Origin: Balanoglossus misakiensis
Taxonomy: Eukaryota; Animalia; Hemichordata
Assembly (NCBI GenBank): GCA_040954595.2
Contig: CM082583.2
Span: 8,354,154-8,418,153 of the forward strand
DNA: 64,000 nucleotides
Reading direction: 5' to 3'
A program made the position numbers and the translations under genes. Below are positions 40,612 to 52,320 of the stretch, piece after piece; position 1 is the first letter of the stretch, and every line of letters starts with the position of its first letter. The notes under the pieces were generated by a model. The model did not search any database and was not told the origin of the DNA. It saw nothing but the letters and a program-made list of their open reading frames with translations.

Positions 40612-43600
40612 ATGGTTGAGGGAAGGAAACGGCACGAGTCGCCCGGAAAAGCGGACAACAGACCTGCCGAAGGTGGTCTGTGGGGATGGTTAGCAGTCGT
40701 TGGTTTATTTATCACGCTATTTTTCGTAAGAGGCATGAACGTTGGCCTCGGAATCTTCTTCGTTTCGTTCGTAGAATACTTCAAGGAAGGCGCGGGGAAT
40801 GCGTCGTGGATGCTGTCTTTAGCTGCCAGTCTTTCGTGGATGATCGGTGAGTGAGGGCCTGTGCCCGTGATTCGGGTTCTTGTTGAAAGAGCCCGGTGCA
40901 CACTTTTGGTTAAGGAGGCGTTGCCGCCGGCACCCTCACTTTTGCTCTCCATATAGAACTACAATGCATGCTTTGTCATAGCCCTGCGTACAGGTACTGG
41001 GTCTGTGCATAGATGGTCTGTGTGCTACCGGTGTTACACGTTTAACGCCAGGAACACACAGACCTGTACGCAGGGCTGGCTTTGACACAGACGACGGCAA
41101 CAAGGTTAGTACATTTAGATAATGTGAGATACAATTGCTGCATGCTGTGAAACCTGGCAACTGGACTCCTTTTAATTTAAATCCACGTCGTGTAGGCTTG
41201 TCTAGAAAAACACAAAGTCTAGTAGCTGCAATAATTGTAGCCTTGCAAGGTGGATTGGTTGGGTGGCTGGATCGCGCTGATGGCCCTACGCGCGCTCCCC
41301 ACCCACCCACCCACCCACCCAACCCACCAAGGCTACAATTATTGCAGGTAGAAGTCTAGGTACTAGACTAGTCGTAGGCCTATTATAAAAAATCTGCATT
41401 TTCCTAGTCGGAGGCCTTTAGCATTGGACCTGTTATCGCTGAAGGCTCAATGACTTGCAATATGATATATCGCCAACATTGAGATGAAATGATATTATTT
41501 CCATTGTATACTATATACTGACGCTGACACTAGTGACAGGTTAAACTGATAGCAAACAAAACGAAGCCGTTTATTTTCCGTGAGCCCCAGCTGAACAGCT
41601 GTAGGCCGCCGTGGCGCCCATACAAAGTGAAGCTGTGTTTAGTAAAAAAACTTTCTCTTTAATATCGCGAAAAAAAAGTTCATGGCTCCAGGCATGTTTT
41701 TGAAACGAATGGTCGGTCGTTTATATCTTCACTTAGTCGTTTACTGGTCCTGGCAACTAAAGAACATGATAGAATATTATAGTCATATATCATAGATAGA
41801 TTAGTTGGATGGAGCTACTTAAACCAAGGTAAAAGAAGCTTCTTTGAAACACTCGTTATATTTTCTGTTTCCTTGACTACGCAGGTCCAATTTCTTCCGC
41901 CTGTGCCAAGAGATTCGGTCACCGCAAAGTTGGCTGCGTCGGCGGGCTGCTGTCGGTGGTGGCGCTTGTTCTGAGTTCGTTTTCCAGCCAGCTCTGGCAA
42001 CTCACCCTGACGGTGGGGTTTTTAAACGGTACGTTGGTGTGACGTGTGTCAGTCACGTGGTAGGTCAGAAACGCTGGTGTGCAGCGTGTGGGATACAGGG
42101 TGTCGGTGTGGAGTGGACGCATGGAGGTCAGAGCGCCGTCCAGCAAAGTTAGGCCAATTTTCCTTGGTTGTACATTCAGTGCAGTTAGCATGTCGACCCA
42201 GAATAGCAATTATTGGAAAGTGAGGGTGGCGAAGGTTTTTCTTAGAAAGATATTTGTGGCTACTTATTTTCACTTGCCAATATATTTTCTATTCGTCAGT
42301 CTCTTTTATAACGCCAAACTGAAAATACCTCCCACTGCCTCAATGGTTGAGGTCGCGCGGTGCAGTCTCACGATATTATAATTATGAAAAATTGCCAATT
42401 GTGTCATATGTACATGTTTTTCAGGTTTATTGCTCGTTCTGTCATAAATAGATTTTACACAAAATCCCAAGCTTTGAAATTGGCTGCAGGACTACCGGCA
42501 AAGGGCAACTCGGTTAGGTGTGAACTTGTGACAAACCGAGCAAATCTTATTTCTCACTTTCTACGTATTTAACAGGTCTTGGCTATGGAATCCTGACGCC
42601 GATCTCCATCGCACACATAGCTGTTTACTTCAGAAAGAGACATCCCTTGGCCAGCGGAATCGCATTCACGGGGCTCGGAGCAGGTTCTATGGCCTTGCCA
42701 CCGTTGATCCAAATGCTGATAGACACGTACGGCTGGAGGGGCGCCCTCATCGTCTTTGCTGGCATGTCGGCCCATCTACTCCTGAGTGGCGTCGTCATGG
42801 TGAACATGCTGCGACCGAGGGTCGTCAGAGACACCCTGACGGAGGATGATGCCGACGGAGATGAAGCGCAGGAAATGCAGCCGGTGGACGTTGTACACAA
42901 CGCGAATTACTGTGACGCCAGACCTGAGCGTGATTCAGATCCGCACTTAACAAAGAAAACAACGAACCGGGGGTGCTGCTCACCATTCAGAAGACTTTTC
43001 GGTTTTCTAGACTGCACGCTGTACACTAAGAACCCCATGTTTGTAGCGTACACATTCTGCTTTGCGGTCTTCTCGATTGGACAAGTAATCTCAGCGGTGC
43101 ACTTAGCTCCACACCTGGAGATCACGTTGGGCTCGAAACAAAAGATGGCGTGGTCTCTCACCTCTTACGGGCTTGGGTTGATCGTCGGCGGCCCCGTCTG
43201 GGGATTTTTCATCAGCCGTTTCCATTGGGACCAGGTGTGGTTCATGGTGTTCATTAACATGCTGCACGGGGTAACGATAGGGCTGTTCCCGTTGGTGTCT
43301 TCTCCCCCGGCGGTCGTAGCCTACCTCGCCTGGATCGGCTTTCAGAGAGGGGGTTACTCGGCACAAGCGGCCGTCACCGTCCGCCGTATTGTAGACGATA
43401 GCCTCTTCCTGACAGCGATTGGTTGGAACATGTTCCTTGCAAGTATAGGCCAATTTTTTGGCCCGCCTATATCAGGTAGTGTCTTTGATTTTTACTTAAT
43501 TTCTGAAAACCCCATCTCCTAACCCTTTTACTTGACGACGCATGTATTTACCATGTATCAGTTGCTACCCATAACTCTGAATTCAAGCAAATGTTTTAAA

Positions 43601-43968
43601 GAAGGCATGCTTGGAATTGTGGCGACGGAAAGATTATGGAATTGTTTTCTGTTCGGCAGGTCAGCTTTCTGAACTTTATACAATTCTCAAATCACTTTTT
43701 CTTACTTCCAGGTTACCTGCGGGACTACACGGGTAATTACCACTGTTCCTTCTACCTAGCGTGCGCGTTTATGTTCACAAGTAGTTCGGTGTGTGGGATT
43801 TTCTACTTCGTCCGTAACAAGAGGCTTCAGAAGAAGGAAAAGCTGCAGCTGTCGGAAGAAGATGAAGAAGAAATAGTTCAACTTACAGAGTTTGGAACCG
43901 TTTGCGGGCGCCCAACTTCGAAGCGCCAATCAACTCTGCTCGTAGTGGAAAGGGTCGTTGCATTGTAA
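40612..43968 (+). CDS. Monocarboxylate transporter (SLC16/MCT family, MFS)
   Basis: Exons 40612-40846, 41885-42028, 42576-43475, 43712-43968. PAEGGLWGW (PDGGWGW-like), GPISSACAKRFGHR, YFRKRHPLASGIAFTG, YGWRGALI, GPPISGYLRDYTGNY; ~12 hydrophobic segments with a central loop. Confidence 0.93.
41223..41350. mobile_element. 128-bp hairpin MITE (Academ/AcademH-like) in MCT intron 1
   Basis: TAGCTGCAATAATTGTAGCCTTG ... CAAGGCTACAATTATTGCAGGTA (22/23 TIR); flanks AAAGTCTAG / GAAGTCTAG (8/9 TSD). Confidence 0.75.
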
Positions 43969-44035
43969 GGCCTCGTGGGCGGTAATCATCGGTGACTTTG
44001 GGGAGTGTTTCTGGTGTTTTGTGCCTATTCTCACC

Positions 44036-44193
44036 TAGACTCTCTCACAGCTCACGGTTCGCTACAACAAGGCTCTTCACTGGCGCACCCTCAACCATTT
44101 GGCAAGGGAGAAGCACCGTTTGGTGTTGTGTAGCACACATGCAATCAGTCCATAAGCCTGCATGGACGACGAGAGGGGCTGTGAGAGAGTCTA
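44036..44193. mobile_element. 158-bp MITE (AcademH-like) just after the MCT stop
   Basis: TIR TAGACTCTCTCACAGC ... GCTGTGAGAGAGTCTA; exact 9-bp TSD ATTCTCACC at 44027-44035 and 44194-44202. Confidence 0.85.
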
Positions 44194-45248
44194 ATTCTCA
44201 CCTAAAATACCATTGATGAACGTTAGAATATGGATACATTCCAAAGGCCAATATGCCGTCGGACTCCTTCACTAACCGGCCCTGGAAGAATGGGACTTGG
44301 GGAATTCCAAGTTGACAGAAGACAACAACTCTGTATTTGTACGAAAATATTTTAATTGACTCATTCTTGCATGTTCGTGTTCTGCCGCCGCATATCCCTC
44401 TTTTCAACTTTAATGTCCGGAGCACAATTGCTTTCTGTGTCACAATGTAATATGTTTATGCATTTTATCAGTGGCAGCCTTGGACCAACATACTGGTTTG
44501 TTCATATATTTCACCACCTTTGTTATGAACAAATTAAACAAATTAGTTATGAATGCCGATGACGGCTCCAATCTTTTTTTTAATTTTCGATTCACGTCTT
44601 CTCTCCCAACTTCATGAACAGTAGTGACGTAACAATGGATGTTGGGGTTGATATTTGGAAGAGCTACTTCCAATCGGGCGGTACGTAACTTTCACCTGCA
44701 AAAAATAATGCGGGTGACTTGGCGGCGGCCGGGTAAATTCTTACTGTCGTCTGCAGTTCATCTTTTGCTTCAAGCTCCATTAGCTGTACTTTGCAGGACG
44801 ATTGTAGTTATTCTCTCACCCGGAACAGGCCACTTTCACCCGAGAGGCTAATTATATATTCGTGTAACAGGTTACAGATCTTACAATGATGTCATAATTA
44901 TCACACGTACTTTCAACGGGGCATATCACTTTCATACCGGTTGCGACGTGAACAAAACAGAGGTTAAAGGCGAAATGGCCGAAGCGGGCATGTTTTTCAT
45001 CACGCTTGTCAGTCTAGCCAATGAGATAAGATGATGATGAAAGCAGTATTTTAAAATTCACCAATCACAGCGCAGCAAACAGACAATTTGCCTCAAAGGG
45101 TTATATACCAACAGTGTGTTGGGGCCTTGAAGCTTCCAACGAGAACGTGACTTATAGTGCCCGGTACGCAACGCACAAGATAAACCTGTTCCACTGTTTC
45201 AATACACGAGAACGTGACTTAGTTGTTTAAATTTTCGGACACACAAAA

Positions 45249-46808
45249 ATGGCAAGGTAAGTATTGTATTACCTTGGTGTACAAATACCTCTGCGTAGCA
45301 GGGCTTTGTGTGGTTGGAGGCTCAGCCGGTAACAACACAGCCCTGTCATGCAGAACTGGTATAGAATATAACAACGAGTACTGTTCATGTTGTTTCCATT
45401 CGTCCCAATGGATTACAAAGGTTCTCATCTCCACTGACTCACTGTTTCATGGAGGTCACATGGTCAACAGGCGAATTCGGTGTTCTATCACTTTTTTATG
45501 TGATAATTTGAGTAACAATAAATGGTGATTTATCTTACAGTACTGATATCAATGTGCGGGTCGCTAGCAAGGAGGATATGCCAAATTTCAAACGTCTCAC
45601 AGATGAAGTCGACTGGGATTATACACTAGAATATCTTGAAGGTTTACGACAACTCGACCCAGAAGGATTTTTCCTTGCTGAAAAGGGGAATGAGCTCGTC
45701 GGTAAGTTAACTTGTACACGACTTAAAACATATGCTAATGGCATTTATGAACATGGTTTGCAGAAAGAAATTACATCGGTAGATATTTAAAAAGATTGCG
45801 ATCACATCTAGGAATATTACTTGCTACAGTTATCTATAGCTCTTGGTGTTCTGAAAGCATTTTCTGTGGTATCCTGTCTATATTTGAATGTACTGTATTT
45901 TTAAACATCGCTGCACTAAATGCGAATAAACTGTACCCTAGAATGCATGCGGTATTCAAAAGTGCGGGTTGACTGTGCACACGCGGCGTTACATTCTGCG
46001 CATATACACACAAATTAAATTAAATTGTCCCCTTGTGTTCATTTCTCGTGATTGTAATGTTTTCGTAACATCTCCAACAGGTATTGGATGTGCCATAAAC
46101 TTAACGGATGAGCTCGCGTTCCTCGCCTTTCACGCCACCAAGAAGGAACATCGAAAACAAGGCATTCAACGCACACTTCTGCGCAGACAGTTCGAACACG
46201 CAGGCGACAGGAACATCGGTGTTCATTCCGGAGGCCAACATCGCACAGAAGTCAACTCGAAAATCGGTTTAAAGAACATTAGTTTTGAAACATCTTACTA
46301 CCGTGGCCAAGTAAATCAGTCTGTCTTACCCGAGCTTGACAAGATTATGCCAGCTGGCATCAAAGTTTTGCCATTCAGTCAAATTTCATTTGATAGTCTG
46401 GTCAAGTATGATGCACAAGTTTTTCAGTTTGAGAGGAAAAAGTTCCTTCAAATTTTGTGCCACGGTACAAATGTTTCCACCTACATCGCCACAAATGAAA
46501 GCGGCCAAATTACTGGCTTTATAAACGCGCGACCAGTGCGACTAGAGGGAAACGAATTTGCTCTTGTACCACTGATTGCTGATGACGTCCTCACCGCCGA
46601 GGTGTTACTGATCACTGTTCTTCTCCAACTTCCGAGTCAATCTTTCATACGAACATATACAGTAATGTCACACCAAGCGGCAGTAGAGCTGGCCAAAAAG
46701 TATAACATCCAAGAATTAATATTCACAGCGACTTGCCAATACACGAAAGAGCCACTAGCCCTAGATATTAATAAAATATTTTCTCTGCCCACTGTAGAAA
46801 TTATATAA
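45249..46808 (+). CDS. Double-GNAT acetyltransferase (YitH/holothin-acyltransferase-like), paralogue A
   Basis: Exons 45249-45256, 45541-45701, 46081-46808. DPEGFFLAEKGNELVG, acetyl-CoA motif A KEHRKQGIQ, second domain LVKYDAQVF..RKKFL, ITGF, PLIADD..AEVLL. Confidence 0.8.
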
Positions 46809-47824
46809 GTATTAAATTCTCAGTATGCCAAAACGAGTTGAAATTACAGTATTACCAGTGACTTCATAGCTCTTTTAGGAATATGTTCATGGTAACTAAT
46901 GGTTGTACTTTCAAACGTACGTCAGCATTTACTTCTTTCATGGTTTTGGAAAGAATCTTCACAAACGTTTCGTGTATTTTCTCCGGTTGAATGTTTTAAA
47001 TTGTATTGTAGTTGACAGTTTCGTGATTTGCATATTCATGATATTCAACCACGTTGCGCAATCAGCAATATAAATGCAGGGTCACTGCATTTAATTTTAT
47101 TAAATATTCCAGAGATACTTATGACGCCATACATAGTATAAATGTAATTTTGCAGATTGAATGGACTTTTAAAATGCCTGACACTTTTCCGAAATAACTA
47201 CTCAGATAATGAATGACAAAATTTTCCCTGGAGTTATGTGAGTATACTGGTCGAGCGTCCTGAATACGACGTCACGTGCCAGATACCACGACGACCTGAC
47301 TTACAGTAAAAAATAACTTCAAACCGCCACAGCAAATTGTCTTTCTCACTGCTCCCGAGAATCTATAGATCGGGGTCAATAAACCCTCTTTTACGCGAAT
47401 ACATGCATAAATGTTGACATTTAACATATTAAATTGTAAGAATAGGCTCTTTTTAAATGATGCCAAGGATATCAAACTTGCTGCTGACGGAGACCTACTT
47501 TTTATACTGACGTTGTGAATAACACGTATGAGGGTTAAAGGCCAAATTGCTGTGGCGGCCATTGTGTTTTCTATCACCGGTCTGAGGGACCCTTCCCCGG
47601 TTTAGATAAGCTTTAGCAACCACACCGCAGAAAACAGGCGATTTGCTGACAAGGGTCAGCGTATGTAGTCAACAGTGTGTTGGGGCCAAGAGTGCCTGAA
47701 GCTTCCCACGGTATATTGATTGGTGCGGTACGAAACGCGCAATATAAACCTGTTCCACTGTGGTACGTCAACGTTTCAGCAAACGAAAACGTGACTTGTT
47801 GTTTAACGTTTCTGATATCTAAAA

Positions 47825-49842
47825 ATGGCAAGGTAAGTTTTTTCACCCTGGTGTAGAAATGGCACAGGTCACATCGGGGGGGGGGGGGGTCATGAAAATA
47901 GGCCATTAACCATTTTCTAGATTCCACGACCCCCTGCGATATTTCTTAGGCCAGGGCATATTCTAGACTGTCGACAGTCCCTCGCGCCTAATGTGTATCG
48001 ATGCGGCGTTTCGTGCGAGGGCCGTAAGGCCCGTATCTTTTGAGGGCCGAAGGCTCGATTCGGCGTTTCGTGGTGCGATGGCCGTAAGGCCTCGGGCATG
48101 GGCGTGGCCCGAGGGACTGTTATACCTTGTTTCGCCCTCACACGGGCACTGTGGGAAAATGCCCCTGTAAAATGATTGACAGTTAATATACGTCATGAAC
48201 TCATAAACGGCAAAGATGTGTTTGTTGCGTCGCCAACGGGCAGTGGGAAGTCTTTGGCGTATGAAATCGCACCTTTTCTCTTGGACAGAATTGGCGAATT
48301 TACCGAGGAACCGTCATCGATAGTTTTGGTTGTTTCGCCGTTGATTTACGCCCCCATATGCAAATTTTACTACGTCATTTTCTGCATGCATAATTAATAT
48401 CAAGGCAAGGCTTACAAGCTATAACAGTCTCTCGGGCCTTACGGCCCTCGCACCACGAAACGCCGAATCGATACACATTAGGCGCGAGGGACTGTCGACA
48501 GTCTAGGCATATTCTAATAATGACACATGACACAACGCGTGGTCCATTGTGCTCAACGGTATAAAAGTTAGTTTTTTTGTTTAACCCTGCAACTATTCCA
48601 GTTTCATACAAAGTTTGATTGTATTACTTGGCTACCAACCTGTTGCGATGGTAATTGACAAATTCGGTGTTCTATTCATCATCGCTTGTGATATCTCGTG
48701 AATGTCCGCGTAACAGTAGTTATTGATGGCTCATCTAAATCTTACAGTATTGATGTCAACGTGCGGATCGCTAGCAAAGAGGACATGGCAAATGTCAAAC
48801 GACTCGCAGGTGAAGTCAACTGGGACTACACTGTAGAATATCTCGAAGGTTTTCGTCAACTCGACCCAGAAGGTGTTTTCCTGGCTGAAAAGGGGAATGA
48901 GCTTGTTGGTACGTTAACTTGCATACGACTTAAAAAACATATGCTAATGCGGTGTAAGAACGTGGTTTGCCAATTGTGCACAAATATAATTTGTGTGTGG
49001 TATGGTGTGTCTATACTCCATTTATTGTTAATTTTGCATATTTACTTATAAATTGAGTAAATTATCCCTTTGTGTTTATTGCTCATTATGTTAATGTTTT
49101 GCAACATCCAACAGGTATGGCTTTTGCGATGAACTTAACAGATGAGCTCACATTTTTCGGACTACGTGTAACAAAGGAGAAATATCGAAAGCAAGGAATT
49201 CAACACTTACTTATGGCGAGGCAATTCGACCACGCAGGTGACAGAAACGTTGGTCTACACGCCCTAGGCCAGCACCGAATAGATGTCAACACTAAACTCG
49301 GTTTTAAACACATTAGTTTTGAAACATCTTACTACCGTGGCCAAGTAAATCAGTCTGTCTTACCCGAGCTTGACAAGGTTATGCCAGCTGGCATCAAAGT
49401 TTTGCCATTCAGTCAAATTTCATTTGATAGTCTGGTCAAGTATGATGCACAAGTGTTTAAGTTTGAGAGGAAAAAGTTCCTTCAAATGATATGTCACGGT
49501 ACAAATGTTTACACCTACATCGCCACAAATGAAAGGGGAGATATTACTGGCTATATAAACGTACGACCAGTGACACCAGAGGGAAACGACTTTGCTGCTG
49601 TACCACTAATCGCTGATGACGTCCACACCGCCGAGGTGTTACTGATCACTGTTCTTCATCAACTTCCGAGTCAATCTTTCATACGAACATATACAGTAAT
49701 GTCACACCAAGCAGCAGTAGAGCTGGCCAAAAAGTATAACATCCAAGAATTGATATTTTTTGTGACCTGCCAATGCACAAAAAAACCACTGGCGTTGGAA
49801 ATCAACAAAATATTTTCACTGCCTACTGTAGAAATCATATAG
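47825..49842 (+). CDS. Double-GNAT acetyltransferase, paralogue B (tandem duplicate)
   Basis: Exons 47825-47832, 48748-48908, 49115-49842. Same intron positions as paralogue A, homologous promoter (45110-45260 vs 47670-47840), EKYRKQGIQ motif, identical C-terminus KIFSLPTVEII. Confidence 0.8.
47964..48505 (+). mobile_element. Non-autonomous AcademH-like DNA transposon with RecQ helicase fragment
   Basis: TIR of ~70 bp TAGACTGTCGACAGTCCCTCGCGCCTAATGTGTATCGAT... / ...ATCGATACACATTAGGCGCGAGGGACTGTCGACAGTCTA; exact 9-bp TSD GGCATATTC (47955-47963, 48506-48514); internal ORF GKDVFVASPTGSGKSLAYE...IVLVVSPLI (RecQ motifs I and Ia). Confidence 0.85.
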
Positions 49843-51377
49843 GTAGTACATTCTCAATAGGCCTTAACAAGTTGACACTACAAGTGAAGTTAGATTATTA
49901 TGTTTAGGCCTACAGCTCACAAATTCCCGACACGATTTGTACAAATTTGCTGCAAGAACAATATCCTTTGAGCTTCATTGACAGTATCTGTAACTATATT
50001 TAGAATTAAACTGTCTCAAAATAGTGCCGAGTTCGGTTAATTTATTTGTGAAAATGAGTTGGCATGGTTACAGTCCTTTGACTTAAAAGTAGAGGCCATT
50101 TGACTTGAGACGCGTCAGCGCAATCGTTTTCAAAAAGCTTCAAACAATTATGCAATCTCGTTGCTGATTGGTTAAAATCACCTGGACTACGTGAACATGG
50201 TAATTATCGGCTATCATCCGGGCACTTTCGTAAAAGACGGCCACGCTGCTCAGTGCACGTAGGCTTCATTTTGGTGCGGAGCGCAGACAACTCAACATCA
50301 GAGTTTCTGCAACTCAACATCAGAGTTTCTGCGCTGTTTTTTGCTGTAAAACCCGAGGTAAGTAAAGTGACAGAAATACACAATTTCTCAGTTATTGACC
50401 AGACCTATAGGTTATATTTTGGCGAGTTCAGGGCAACCAATTTACACGTTCGACGAGCACTGAAAAAGAACACACGTCGCAGTCAAACAGCTCGAGTCAG
50501 TGTTTCACTGCGTTTGAATTCATACATTCCTTTCTTGCGCGTTACGCAACCTGAGATGCACGCTTTAGACTGGTCGGTGTAGTAGCTCTTTGCCGGTGGG
50601 CAGCCGTTTTTTATAGGTCCAAAACACGATAGTTTCTCTGGGAAGGGAAGGTTCGGTCAATTGGTAGCGGGTTCGCGTGTGGTCAGTGTGTTTTCGAGTG
50701 TAAGTGAATGCAAATTGCGTATTACACCAGCCCATAAGTGTAAAAAAAAACCGTGCATAACATAAGCAACGCTTCATTTGAACCAGTTTTTATGTGCCCT
50801 TGCAGACTTTCGTAAAAGAAACATTCTAGTAAATTTATCGCGGCTGCCACTTTTACACAATTTCTAGAAGCCTGTCAGTTTATAATGTCATTTGGAAACG
50901 TCTTTTTTGGTTGGTACAGTACAATTTACCAAGTTGTCAAAGTGAGGGGAAAATTCGAGGCAACTGTACAGATTTGTATGCATGTACCATCTGTGAATGA
51001 ACAACAGTTGGTGTGCGGTGACCACGGCATGGCAGACATTTTGATTCATGTTCTTGGATATAACAGGCATTCACTTCAACGTACTTCTACTTATTTTGCA
51101 GATGCTATGGCCAGATGAACTGATAATAACCGAGCTGAGGCCGCCGTGCAGCTGTAACTGGGAGAGACTTGTGCTTGTGTGTTAGCCAAGACGAGGTCTA
51201 AGTGACCAGCTGCCCGTCCCAACTAAACTGCGTGAGGCCAGTCCTTATCCGTTCCACGTGGATGCTATGATGTTACAAGCATGAGGTACAAGTAAGCGAT
51301 ATCGACATTATAAAGCCCCGGTATCAACCAAATCTATTTTATATGTGGCCACTTTGGTTGATTTATCCCGATTCTGG

Positions 51378-51596
51378 CTGGTGCCGGTTGCCAGTTCAGC
51401 GAAATGGTTATGGACATAGAATCTGACTGGTGCCGGTTGCCAGTTCAGTGAAATGATTATGGACACAGAATTTGACTGGTGCCGGTTGCCAGTTCAGCGA
51501 AATGGTTATGGACACAGAATCTGACTGGTGCCGGTTGCCAGTTCAGTGACATGATTATGGACACAGAATTTGACTGGTGCCGGTTGCCAGTTCAGC
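51378..51596 (+). repeat. 49-bp tandem repeat, ~4.5 copies, alternating A/B variants
   Basis: CTGGTGCCGGTTGCCAGTTCAG... starts at 51378, 51427, 51476, 51525, 51574; CGAAATGGTT alternates with TGA(A/C)ATGATT. Confidence 0.92.
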
Positions 51597-51841
51597 TTGA
51601 AATTGTTGCGTGTGTGTTATACGTATGTGTCACGGTAAGTTGTACGGTATATTTGGGCCATGCAACTAGCCTACAATGAGGTGAGCGTTTGTATGATCCA
51701 TGGCTGAATGAAGACCAGTGGATTATATGAGGCTTAAAACAAGTAAGTTATATAGACATAAATAAAATCCCCGGGGCGGGTGGGTCCCATCCCTCAGACC
51801 GTAGGTTTAATATAATTAATACGCGTTTTTTTAGATATGTT

Positions 51842-52320
51842 ATCTTTCATCATTTTTCAATAAAAAAAATCAAAAACATGCATACACTGATTAAACTGAG
51901 TGGTTTATTTCCGTAACGATCATCTACTCGCGTGCGTATATAGTTAATACTAGTTTTGTTAAGTTTGTAATCTTTCGTCATTTTTCAATAAAAAAAAAAA
52001 TCAAAAACATGCATACACTGATTAAACTGAGTGGTTTATTTCCGTAACGATCATCTACTCGCGTGCGTATATAGTTAATACTAGTTTTGTTAAGTTTGTA
52101 ATCTTTCGTCATTTTTCAATAAAAAAAATCAAAAACATGCATACACTGATTAAACTGAGTGGTTTATTTCCGTAACGATCATCTACTCGCGTGCGTATAT
52201 AGTTAATACTAGTTTTGTTAAGTTTGTAATCTTTCGTCATTTTTCAATAAAAAAAAAATCAAAAACATGCATACACTGATTAAACTGAGTGGTTTATTTG
52301 TACCGATCATCTTTGCGTGT
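51842..52320 (+). repeat. 128-131-bp tandem repeat, ~3.7 copies
   Basis: Units start at 51842, 51970, 52101, 52229; length differences are in the poly-A run. Confidence 0.92.

Noticed and set aside
48176-48397. Host RecQ helicase gene
   Set aside because: Only motifs I and Ia, enclosed by TIRs and a TSD inside another gene's intron; treated as transposon content.
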